Shown here: piece by piece, positions 5,839-13,396 of the stretch
Layout: every line of letters begins with the position of its first letter
Numbering within the stretch: the first letter of the stretch is position 1
Assembly (NCBI GenBank): GCA_031973235.1
Contig: DALYDM010000010.1
Coordinates: 2,460 to 19,969 of the forward strand
DNA: 17,510 nt
Source: Minisyncoccota bacterium
GTDB lineage: Bacteria; Patescibacteriota; Minisyncoccia; Phycocordibacterales; UBA9973
Direction: 5' to 3'
Position numbers and translations under genes: made by a program
Notes under the pieces: generated by a model
Database searches by the model: none
Seen by the model: only the letters and a program-made list of their open reading frames with translations
Told to the model about the DNA's origin: nothing

Positions 5839-7746
5839 ATGAACCTTAAAAAACAAAAAAGTATGATGAACAACATTCTATTATTTCAAATCCCTTCTTG
5901 GGGTATGACAATTATTTATATTGTCATAGTGATTGCCTTGATTGCAGGATTAAGTAAAACAGTTTTGGGTTGGGTTTTTATTGCCCCTTCTAAATCTGGA
6001 CTCGTTGAAAAAAAGTGGTCACTTGGTGCTGATTTACCTATTGGAAGAATCATCGCAACTAATGGTGAAGCCGGATTACAAGCTGAATTACTAGCACCTG
6101 GTCTAAGTTGGTTTAAATGGTGGTGGATGTATTCCATAAAAGAAATTGACCCAATTGAAGTTCCGTCCGGTAAAATTGCGGTTATAAAATCACAGAATGG
6201 TGAACAAATTGAAAGTGGACTCATTCTTGCAAAAACTGTAGCGGAATGTGACAACTTTCAAAATGCGAAATTATTTTTAGAAGGAAATGGGGTTATGGGA
6301 ATACAGAGGCAATTCTTGAGGAATGGAATTTACCGTATCAATACTGCGCTTTTTGAAGTCAGTCTCCATGAAGCAATTAATATTCCTGAAGGAAGTATTG
6401 GTATTGTCACAGTTTTGGACGGCAAGCCTATACCAACAGGAGAGATTGCTTCTAGGGCAAAAGTTGATCATAAAAAATTCCAAGATGCCGACATGTTTTT
6501 GAACGCAAACGGAGAAAGAGGGCTTCAGGAGGAAATTCTATCTCCTGGTGAATATTTCATCAACCCTTATTTCGCAAAAGTCGAGATTCAAGATCAGGTA
6601 ATGGTTCCTATTGGAACTGTAGGTGTAGTCACAAGTTATATTGGTGACGCACCAGTAGACACCACTGGTTCTGAATTTAAACATGGAATCATTGTTACAA
6701 ATGGCCAAAAGGGTGTTCAACAAAACCCTTTGAATCCAGGTATGTATCCAACCAATCTTCGTGTTTCTGTAGTTGAAACAGTACCGACGACAAACATCGT
6801 TTTGAACTGGGCAAATGCAAAAACAGAGGCTCATGAACTTGATTCACATTTGAGTACAATTACTGCCCGCACTAAAGATGGCTTCCCCATTAATCTTGAT
6901 GTTAGTCAGATTATCAACATTGCTCACGATGAAGCACCAAAAGTGATTGCTCGATTTGGAACACTCAAAAACTTGATTTCACAAGTCTTAGAACCAACAA
7001 TTGGTAATTACTTCAGGAATGCTGTTCAGTCAAACGAAGCACTGGAATTTATCACGAAACGAAAAGAGATGCAGGAAGAAGCAAAAAAGTTTATTGCTAG
7101 TGTATTGTCGCAATATAATGTTGTAGGAGTCGATACGCTAATTGGAGACATTATTCCTCCAGAAGCTTTAATGGCTCCGATCCGAGAAAGACATGTTGCA
7201 ATTCAACAAACAGCGATGTATCAAGAGCAACAAAAAAAAGAAGTTGCGAGAAAAGATCTTGAAGTCGCGTCTGCTGATGCAGATATGCAGAAAGAGGTAA
7301 TAAAAGCCCAACAAGAAGTTGTAATTTCTGAAAGGCACGCTGAATCTGTTGTAAAAAAACAAAAAGGTGATAGCGAAGCCATTGAACTAAAAGCAAAAGC
7401 TGAAGCGGAAGCAACAAAAGTTACTGCTATTGCTGAAGCAGAAGCAAAGGAGAAAATTGGTAAAGCAGAAGCGGAAGTTATCCTGGCAAAAGGAAAAGCA
7501 ACGGCCACAGCTTACAAGGAGCAAACAGAAGCTATGGGTAAAGAGAACTTTACTGCAATGCAAATCATGTCTTCCCTTTCTGAAAGCGGAATGCCAATTG
7601 TACCTCAAATCGTTTCCGGTGGAAGCGGTGATGGAAACATTGGATCATTGGTTGGCATAACTATACTGGAAAAATTAGGAGCATTTCCTAAAAATGCAGA
7701 AAATCCAGTAATTCCAAACAATAAAAAAGAAGAAGAGGATAAGTAA
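5839..7746 (+). CDS. flotillin-like SPFH (band-7) domain membrane protein with an N-terminal TM helix, internal repeats and an EA-rich coiled-coil tail
   Basis: The N-terminal hydrophobic segment is MTIIYIVIVIALIAGLS. The SPFH core (~aa 288-450) includes ..VSQIINIAHDEAPKVIARFG..LEPTIGNYFRNAV..ALEFITKRKE..VGVDTLIGDIIPPEAL... A flotillin-type Ala/Glu-rich region follows (AKAEAEATKVTAIAEAEAKEKIGKAEAEVILAKG). Four NGxxG[LIV]Q...L.PG.Y motifs are spaced 64-75 aa apart, starting near nt 6061, 6286, 6508 and 6700. Confidence 0.8.
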   Translation: MNLKKQKSMMNNILLFQIPSWGMTIIYIVIVIALIAGLSKTVLGWVFIAPSKSGLVEKKWSLGADLPIGRIIATNGEAGLQAELLAPGLSWFKWWWMYSIKEIDPIEVPSGKIAVIKSQNGEQIESGLILAKTVAECDNFQNAKLFLEGNGVMGIQRQFLRNGIYRINTALFEVSLHEAINIPEGSIGIVTVLDGKPIPTGEIASRAKVDHKKFQDADMFLNANGERGLQEEILSPGEYFINPYFAKVEIQDQVMVPIGTVGVVTSYIGDAPVDTTGSEFKHGIIVTNGQKGVQQNPLNPGMYPTNLRVSVVETVPTTNIVLNWANAKTEAHELDSHLSTITARTKDGFPINLDVSQIINIAHDEAPKVIARFGTLKNLISQVLEPTIGNYFRNAVQSNEALEFITKRKEMQEEAKKFIASVLSQYNVVGVDTLIGDIIPPEALMAPIRERHVAIQQTAMYQEQQKKEVARKDLEVASADADMQKEVIKAQQEVVISERHAESVVKKQKGDSEAIELKAKAEAEATKVTAIAEAEAKEKIGKAEAEVILAKGKATATAYKEQTEAMGKENFTAMQIMSSLSESGMPIVPQIVSGGSGDGNIGSLVGITILEKLGAFPKNAENPVIPNNKKEEEDK

Positions 7747-7766
7747 AAAGTCTGTATAAATACAGC

Positions 7767-7800
7767 ACCCCGATCTTGTTAGATCGGGGTTTTTATTTTT
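7767..7800 (+). terminator. rho-independent terminator (10-bp perfect stem accccgatct / agatcggggt, tgtt loop, T-tract)
   Basis: accccgatct-tgtt-agatcggggt followed by ttttatttttcc, 20 nt after the stop codon at 7744-7746. Confidence 0.8.
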
Positions 7801-7962
7801 CCTTATTATCAATCGTCTGAACATACTTTCAGATTAGGACGGTTGCACCGTATACACAGAATAGTTTAGTCCGCCAGCAAAGCGAGGTTCTTTCTGTACA
7901 GCCAGCGTCAGCTAACATACAGTTTGCGTTGATTCGCGAATTGTGTTATTCTATTTCCACAT

Positions 7963-8193
7963 ATGGCAACCGTAATAGAAATCAAGAAAAACGCAAACGA
8001 AAACAACGCGAACACCCTTCGCCGTTTTACTCGACGTGTGCAAGAATCAGGTATTCTTCAAAAGGTTAAATCGAAGCGATACAATCAACGTGCATCATCA
8101 AAACTCGCTCAAAAGAACGCCGCTCTCAAGAAAATTGCAAAAAGAAAGGAAATTGAGCGACTAAAGAAGCTCGGTAAAGTGATTGAGCGATAA
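7963..8193 (+). CDS. rpsU: 30S ribosomal protein S21
   Basis: A 76-aa, very basic protein. The ..NTLRRFTRRVQESGILQKVKSKRYNQ..S.KLAQKNAALKK.. segment matches the S21 pattern (LRRFKR...G.L...R.R.YEKPS..RKR). ATG at 7963. Confidence 0.75.
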   Translation: MATVIEIKKNANENNANTLRRFTRRVQESGILQKVKSKRYNQRASSKLAQKNAALKKIAKRKEIERLKKLGKVIER

Positions 8194-8199
8194 TATACT

Positions 8200-8598
8200 A
8201 TGTCTGACGAGACACTCAACGTAAAGATAACCACGAAAGACAAGCTTCCACGCTTGTCTTTTCTTGATTTCAAAAACACAATTCTTGGGAAGAAATACGA
8301 ACTTTCTATACTTTTTGCGGGTGAAGCACTTTGCCGCAAACTCAATAAGCAATTTCGAGACAAAGACTATGCAACAAATATTTTAAGTTTCCCTCTTTCT
8401 GATACTTCAGGTGAAATTGTTATTCATCTTAAAAAGGTTCGAAAAGACGCAAAAGAATTTGACCGAAGTTACGAAAACTTCTTGGCATATCTACTTATCC
8501 ACGGAATGCTTCATTTGAAAGGATACGATCATGGTAGTACAATGGATAATGAAGAAATAAAATATCAAAAGAAACTCGGCATACTTCCACACAAGTAA
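8200..8598 (+). CDS. ybeY: rRNA maturation endoribonuclease YbeY
   Basis: It carries the HGMLHLKGYDH motif (H-x-x-x-H-x-x-G-Y-D-H zinc-binding signature of YbeY/UPF0054). At 132 aa it is in the expected size range. It begins 6 nt after the rpsU stop. Confidence 0.85.
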   Translation: MSDETLNVKITTKDKLPRLSFLDFKNTILGKKYELSILFAGEALCRKLNKQFRDKDYATNILSFPLSDTSGEIVIHLKKVRKDAKEFDRSYENFLAYLLIHGMLHLKGYDHGSTMDNEEIKYQKKLGILPHK

Positions 8599-8646
8599 TT
8601 TTTTGCACGAGTGAGATTTTGATATTTTTTTCTCTCTCACTAATTC

Positions 8647-9816
8647 ATGTCAAAAAATATTACAATTGGAATAGATATTGGTACGCACGCGATTCGTGTT
8701 GCCATTGCTGAACACCAAAAGAATGATGCGTGGCCTCACATTATCGCTACATCATACGCACATACTACTGGACTCCGTTATGGATATATAGTCAACGAAC
8801 AAGAAGTCATACGCTCTATCAAAAGGGCTATTTCTGACATTGAAAAAAGTTCAGGAATTCGTGTACGAAAAGCAAGTATCTCCATCAGCTCAACAGGTCT
8901 TACCTCTGAACACGCAACAGGAAATGCGATTATTTCAAAAGCAGACAGTGAAGTCACAGTCCTTGATATCACAAAAGCAATCGACGAAAGCGAGCAATCT
9001 CTCCCTTCAATCAACAAAAAAATTCTTCACACAATTCCGGTAAAGTTTCTCATTGATGGCAAAGAAGTATATGGAAAACCTGAAGGAATGAAAGGTATCA
9101 AACTTGAAGTAAAAACACATTTTGTAACATGTATTGATCAACACATAAAATCATTTATTCATGCAGTATCTGAAGCGGGCGTTGAAGTGGTGGACGTGAT
9201 TGCATCACCTCTTGCTGCTGGTGCGACAACACTTACCGAACAGCAAAAAGCTTTTGGTTGTATTCTGATAGACATCGGCGCCGAAACTGTCTCTGTGGGT
9301 GTATTTGAAAACGGTGTACTTGTTTCCACTCATGTTTTTCAAATTGGCTCAAACGACATCACAAACGACATTGCTCTTGGTTTTCGAATTTCACTAGAAG
9401 AAGCAGAAGCAATTAAAATTGGAAGTGTGCCTGCAAGTTTTTCAAAACGAAAACTTGATGAAATTGTCGAGGCACGCCTTGAAGATATTTTTGAACTAAT
9501 TGATAGATATCTAAAACAACTCAAACGTAGTGGACTTCTCCCTGCAGGTGCAATACTTATTGGAGGCGGTTCACAAATTCCTCGAATCGATGAAGTGGCA
9601 AAAGATGTACTAAGACTGCCGGTGAAAATTGGTGGTGCAGAATTTTTCCACAATTCAAAAAACAAACAAAAGGACCCTTCATGGATGACAGTACTAGGAT
9701 TGTGTGTTGCAAACAAGAGCGGAGCATATGATCCAAACGGAGACGGAAGCCTCTCAGATTGGTGGAAAAGCCTTAAAAAGCAAGCCTCCCACTTCATTAG
9801 ACAGCTTCTTCCCTAA
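8647..9816 (+). CDS. ftsA: cell division protein FtsA
   Basis: The N-terminus ITIGIDIGTHAIRVAIAE matches the FtsA/actin fold. Further actin-fold motifs include GCILIDIGAETVSVGVFENG and ILIGGGSQIPRIDEVAKDVL. At 389 aa it sits immediately upstream of ftsZ. Confidence 0.85.
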   Translation: MSKNITIGIDIGTHAIRVAIAEHQKNDAWPHIIATSYAHTTGLRYGYIVNEQEVIRSIKRAISDIEKSSGIRVRKASISISSTGLTSEHATGNAIISKADSEVTVLDITKAIDESEQSLPSINKKILHTIPVKFLIDGKEVYGKPEGMKGIKLEVKTHFVTCIDQHIKSFIHAVSEAGVEVVDVIASPLAAGATTLTEQQKAFGCILIDIGAETVSVGVFENGVLVSTHVFQIGSNDITNDIALGFRISLEEAEAIKIGSVPASFSKRKLDEIVEARLEDIFELIDRYLKQLKRSGLLPAGAILIGGGSQIPRIDEVAKDVLRLPVKIGGAEFFHNSKNKQKDPSWMTVLGLCVANKSGAYDPNGDGSLSDWWKSLKKQASHFIRQLLP

Positions 9817-9820
9817 GGTT

Positions 9821-9850
9821 ACCACCCATGATGGGTGGTTTTCTTTTTTG
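9821..9850 (+). terminator. hairpin plus T-tract between ftsA and ftsZ (8-bp stem accaccca / tgggtggt, 3-nt loop)
   Basis: accaccca-tga-tgggtggt followed by tttcttttttg, beginning 5 nt after the ftsA stop. The 3-nt loop is tight, so I rate it moderate. Confidence 0.55.
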
Positions 9851-9880
9851 TGCTTATTTTGCTATTATTATGCCTATAAC

Positions 9881-9946
9881 GTTGCAAAGGTGTGCCCTTA
9901 GCGTTGCATATGTGTGCCCTTAGCTTTGCATAAGTGTGCCCTTAAC
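9881..9946 (+). repeat. three tandem 22-bp direct repeats (GTTGCAnAnGTGTGCCCTTAGC) immediately upstream of ftsZ
   Basis: The copies are 9881-9902 gttgcaaaggtgtgcccttagc, 9903-9924 gttgcatatgtgtgcccttagc and 9925-9946 tttgcataagtgtgcccttaac. A degenerate partial copy (atgcctataac) precedes them. The array ends 35 nt before the ftsZ ATG and overlaps a possible CTTAAC-N17-TAGAAT promoter. Confidence 0.8.
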
Positions 9947-9981
9947 AGAGTTCAGAAAATTACTAGAATTTATAGATATAT

Positions 9982-11202
9982 ATGGCAAAAATCAATCCAG
10001 ACATAGAGACATTCGCACGAATAAAAGTAATCGGTGTTGGAGGTTCAGGAAAGAACGCGCTCAATCACATGATTAGTTCAAAAGTCAAAGGTGTTGAATT
10101 CATTGCGATGAATACAGACACACAAGATTTGCATTATTCACAAGCTGAGAAAAAAATTCATATTGGGAAAAATCTTACGAAAGGTCTTGGTGCGGGAATG
10201 AATCCAGAAGTTGGCAAACGTGCAGCCGAAGAAACAAAAGCAGAAATCCAAGATGTTATCAAAGGTGCTGACATGGTATTCATTGCATGTGGAATGGGTG
10301 GAGGTACTGGCACAGGTGCAGCTCCCATCATTGCACGCGCATCGAAAGAGCAAGGAATTCTCACTGTTGGTGTAGTCACACGACCATTTTTCTTTGAAGG
10401 ACAACAACGTATGCGACTTGCTGAACAAGGTATTGCTGAACTCGAAAAAGAAGTTGATGCCATTATTGTTATTCCAAACGACAGACTTCTCTCTATCGCC
10501 GGAAAAGACACTGGACTCAAAGAAGCATTTGCAATGTGTGACGAAGTTCTACGACATGCCGTTGAAGGAATTTCAGACCTCATCACTACTGCAGGTATCA
10601 TCAATGTCGACTTCTCAGACATCAAAGCAGTCATGACTGACGCGGGAACTGCACTTATGGGCATCGGATCAGCATCAGGTGAAAATCGCGCTTCTCAAGC
10701 AGCACTTATGGCTATCAACTCACCTCTTCTTGAAGTATCTATAAATGGTGCACGTGGAGTACTCTATGCAATATCAGGCGGTGAAGACCTCACACTCAAC
10801 GAAGTCCAAGAAGCTTCGCAAGTCATCACAGAATCAATCGATAAAGACGCAAAAGTCATCTTCGGAGCAATTCGCGACGACAGACTTAAGAAAGGTGAGA
10901 TCAAAGTTACTGTTATTGCTACCGGTTTCCCTACAGACCTTCCAAGACGTTCACTTTTTAATGCTGCACCAAAGCCACAGCAACAAGAAGTTTTCTCTCA
11001 AAAGAAGGAAGAAAGTACTGGGCCAGCATCACAGCGTGAACCTATCAAAAAAGAAATTCACAATTCCCTTCCAGACAATACAGAAAATGGATTCGTCAAA
11101 AAAGTAGAGTCAAAACCTGAGATCGGTGAAGTGATTGATCTTGATGAAGGAGAAGACGACTGGGGAGCAATTCCTGCATTCCTACGACGAGGAAAAAAAT
11201 AG
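9982..11202 (+). CDS. ftsZ: cell division GTPase FtsZ
   Basis: It has the tubulin signature GGGTGTGAAPIIA, the N-terminal IKVIGVGGSGKNALNHM, the T7-loop region NVDFSDIKAVM, and a C-terminal conserved peptide (DDWGAIPAFLRRGKK). Confidence 0.95.
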   Translation: MAKINPDIETFARIKVIGVGGSGKNALNHMISSKVKGVEFIAMNTDTQDLHYSQAEKKIHIGKNLTKGLGAGMNPEVGKRAAEETKAEIQDVIKGADMVFIACGMGGGTGTGAAPIIARASKEQGILTVGVVTRPFFFEGQQRMRLAEQGIAELEKEVDAIIVIPNDRLLSIAGKDTGLKEAFAMCDEVLRHAVEGISDLITTAGIINVDFSDIKAVMTDAGTALMGIGSASGENRASQAALMAINSPLLEVSINGARGVLYAISGGEDLTLNEVQEASQVITESIDKDAKVIFGAIRDDRLKKGEIKVTVIATGFPTDLPRRSLFNAAPKPQQQEVFSQKKEESTGPASQREPIKKEIHNSLPDNTENGFVKKVESKPEIGEVIDLDEGEDDWGAIPAFLRRGKK

Positions 11203-11237
11203 GAACACGAACTGTATACAAAACTACACAAATAAAA

Positions 11238-11268
11238 ATGAGCGGCACCTAAGGTGCCGCTCATTTTT
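11238..11268 (+). terminator. strong bidirectional intrinsic terminator (12-bp stem atgagcggcacc / ggtgccgctcat, taa loop) with flanking A- and T-tracts
   Basis: aaataaaa-atgagcggcacc-taa-ggtgccgctcat-ttttaaagttttt, 36 nt after the ftsZ stop. Confidence 0.85.
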
Positions 11269-11292
11269 AAAGTTTTTATAACTTGCTCTATA

Positions 11293-11301
11293 TGATAATA
11301 T
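11293..11301 (+). promoter_or_regulatory. candidate extended -10 (TGaTAATAT) for the trxB operon
   Basis: The same tgataatat nonamer as in the 5157 promoter, in the 226-bp intergenic region after the ftsZ stop. Its -35 is weak and it lies about 128 nt upstream of the trxB ATG. Confidence 0.25.
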
Positions 11302-11428
11302 ATAAGAATAGTCTTAATGTTTCCGAGTTTGGCATTACAGTTTCAAAAGAAATTTGCAACATCTGAAATCTAAAAAATCGACAAAAGCAAATTTATCTAC
11401 AACCTATCAACAATAAACTAAACATTTT

Positions 11429-12355
11429 ATGATATACGATCTTATAATAGTCGGCGCAGGACCAGGAGGCACAGCAGGTGCAGTCTACGCAGCACGAAAA
11501 CAATTAAACACTCTACTTGTAGCCAAAGAAATAGGCGGACAATCAACTGTATCTGAAACAATCTACAACTGGATCGGAACCCCAGAAATTAGCGGACACG
11601 CGCTCGCTGAATCTTTTCGTGCGCACATCAAAGCATATGAAAACAAATTCCTCACACTCAAGGAAGGTTTCAATGTATCAAAAGTAGAAAAAACTGACGG
11701 AGGATTTAAATTAATTCTCGAGAACGGCGAAGAGCTTGCTTCAAAATCTGTACTTATCACTTCTGGCTCGGGACGTCGCAAACTCACCATTCCAGGAGCA
11801 GATATTTTTGAACACAAAGGTATTACCTATTGTGCATCATGTGACGGTCCTCTTTTTTCTGGCCAAGATGTTGTGGTGATTGGTGGTGGAAATGCTGGAT
11901 TTGAGACAGCGGCTCAACTTCTCGAGTATTGCAACAGTGTTACTCTTGTGCACAGAAATAGCGACTTTAAAGCTGACAAAATAACAGTTGAAAAAGTCCT
12001 CTCTCATCCTAAAATGAAAGCCATCACAAATGCTGAACTTGTTGAAGTCAAAGGTGACAAATTTGTTTCTTCACTTGTATATAAAGATAAAACATCTGGA
12101 GAAACTCATGAAATCCCAACTACCGGAATATTCGTAGAAGTCGGACAAATTCCAAACACTGCACTTGTAGAAGACCTGGTAACTCTCGATGACAACAAAA
12201 AGATAGTAGTAGATCCATGGACTCAACGCACATCAGAAGAAGGTGTATGGGCAGCAGGAGACGCCACAAACGGCCTATACCACCAAAACAACATCGCTAC
12301 AGGTGATGCAGTAAAAGCACTTGAAGACATCTTTATGTGGCTTAAAACACGGTAG
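11429..12355 (+). CDS. trxB: thioredoxin-disulfide reductase (TrxB family flavoprotein)
   Basis: It contains the FAD-binding YDLIIVGAGPGGTAGAVYAAR motif, the redox-active CASCDG (CAxCDG of TrxB), the NAD(P)H-binding VVVIGGGNAGFETA motif, and a C-terminal GVWAAGDA. At 308 aa it is the right size. Confidence 0.8.
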   Translation: MIYDLIIVGAGPGGTAGAVYAARKQLNTLLVAKEIGGQSTVSETIYNWIGTPEISGHALAESFRAHIKAYENKFLTLKEGFNVSKVEKTDGGFKLILENGEELASKSVLITSGSGRRKLTIPGADIFEHKGITYCASCDGPLFSGQDVVVIGGGNAGFETAAQLLEYCNSVTLVHRNSDFKADKITVEKVLSHPKMKAITNAELVEVKGDKFVSSLVYKDKTSGETHEIPTTGIFVEVGQIPNTALVEDLVTLDDNKKIVVDPWTQRTSEEGVWAAGDATNGLYHQNNIATGDAVKALEDIFMWLKTR

Positions 12356-12368
12356 CTTTAGGATATTT

Positions 12369-13394
12369 ATGGATATATATACATTCAAAGATTCATTTGA
12401 CACATTTTTTTTGAGTGAACTGGATAGACTATTATCTCGAACCAAAAAACGCATACACAACCCTCATGTAGAAAAACTCCTTTCTCATGTTTTTGAACTT
12501 GCAAAAAATGGTAAGCGAATTCGACCATATGTTCTTAGTCTTGCATATGGAGCAAACTCATTTGAAGATACATCGGAAATTCGCGACCAACTAGTGGGCA
12601 TCGAGCTTTTGCATTTATTTGCACTAATTCATGATGATATTATGGATGAAGCACTCACACGGCACGAGGTTGATTCAATGAATTATTTTTCTGAGAAACA
12701 ATATCGAATATCAGAGAAAAGAGTCTCACAAGGTAAATATGAAGCAATACTTATCGGGGACATGATTTTTTCTTTCGCTGTAGAAACATTTTCTAAAAAT
12801 AAAGGAGTGATAGCATTGTCATTATTCCATGAGTTAATAGATGAAGTAATCCTGGGTCAACTAATCGACATTCGAATACCATTTGAAAATGAAGTCACAC
12901 AAGAAATGATAAAGGAACGCATGTTGTTCAAAACGGCACGTTATTCATTTGCTCGGCCGATGCAAATAGGTGCAGTGCTTCGAGGAAAATCAGATGACGA
13001 AGTACGTAATTTGTTTTCATTAGGAGAAGAGCTTGGAACAATATATCAAATCACCGACGACATAATCGACATCTACGGATCAAAAAAGGATTTAAAGAAA
13101 ACACCGTTACAAGATTTATTCAACGAACAAGAAACACTTCTTACCTTTTTCATCAAAGAACACTGTGAACCACAGACAATTACGCGACTTCGTGAACTAC
13201 ACGGAAAAACACTTACTGCATCAGAAATTTCTGAAGCTCAGAAAATTTTTGAATCAAGCGGAGCGCTTTCGTTCGCAAAAAATGAAATAGAGACACACTC
13301 ATCAAAAGCACGTTTCTATATAGACACATTAACCCCATCACATCAAACTAAATGGTCGGAGCTTCTTAATATTCTCATTTCTCGTACTTCATAA
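12369..13394 (+). CDS. polyprenyl (isoprenyl) diphosphate synthase, trans-type (FPP/GGPP synthase family)
   Basis: It contains GKRIRP, a first Asp-rich motif LIHDDIMD, a second Asp-rich motif YQITDDIIDIYG..KKDLKKTP, and a conserved FKTARYSF. The track ORF starts at TTG 12321 inside trxB. I prefer ATG 12369, which is preceded by aggat. Confidence 0.8.
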   Translation: MDIYTFKDSFDTFFLSELDRLLSRTKKRIHNPHVEKLLSHVFELAKNGKRIRPYVLSLAYGANSFEDTSEIRDQLVGIELLHLFALIHDDIMDEALTRHEVDSMNYFSEKQYRISEKRVSQGKYEAILIGDMIFSFAVETFSKNKGVIALSLFHELIDEVILGQLIDIRIPFENEVTQEMIKERMLFKTARYSFARPMQIGAVLRGKSDDEVRNLFSLGEELGTIYQITDDIIDIYGSKKDLKKTPLQDLFNEQETLLTFFIKEHCEPQTITRLRELHGKTLTASEISEAQKIFESSGALSFAKNEIETHSSKARFYIDTLTPSHQTKWSELLNILISRTS

Positions 13395-13396
13395 TT

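Noticed and set aside
7151-7660. Several overlapping ORFs on both strands in the 3' part of the flotillin gene
   Set aside because: They arise from the gaagc/gcagaagc low-complexity nucleotide repeats encoding the EA-rich coiled coil, are alternative-frame artefacts, and have no independent signals.
7801-7962. Possible tRNA or SRP RNA in the GC-richer spacer before rpsU
   Set aside because: There is no GTTCGAATC-type T-loop or cloverleaf arrangement. A GUCCG...AGCAAAGCGAGG stretch only partially resembles the SRP domain-IV motif (GUCCGGAAGGAAGCAGC). I kept it only as a low-interest structured-leader candidate.
8599-8646. Terminator between ybeY and ftsA (agtgaga ... tctcact)
   Set aside because: The 7-bp arms are separated by an 18-nt loop with no proper downstream T-tract, so ybeY-ftsA are probably co-transcribed.
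9881-9946. CRISPR array
   Set aside because: The repeats are directly abutting with no spacers, number only three copies of 22 bp, and sit at a promoter. They are not a CRISPR array.
10138-10664. Antisense ORFs (96 and 168 aa) inside ftsZ
   Set aside because: They are entirely embedded opposite the strongly supported FtsZ reading frame, and their products are low-complexity Ala/Ser/Pro strings typical of the complement of a Gly/Ala-rich gene. I rate them spurious.
11330-11345. Sigma54-like element TGGCAT-N6-TTTCA upstream of trxB
   Set aside because: The -24 GG is present, but the critical -12 GC dinucleotide is TC. Without evidence for rpoN in this organism the single-mismatch match is not convincing.
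12321-12368. TTG-initiated start of the prenyl synthase overlapping the end of trxB
   Set aside because: An ATG at 12369 preceded by aggat gives a normal N-terminus and avoids a 35-nt overlap, and the TTG-derived extension carries no conserved residues.
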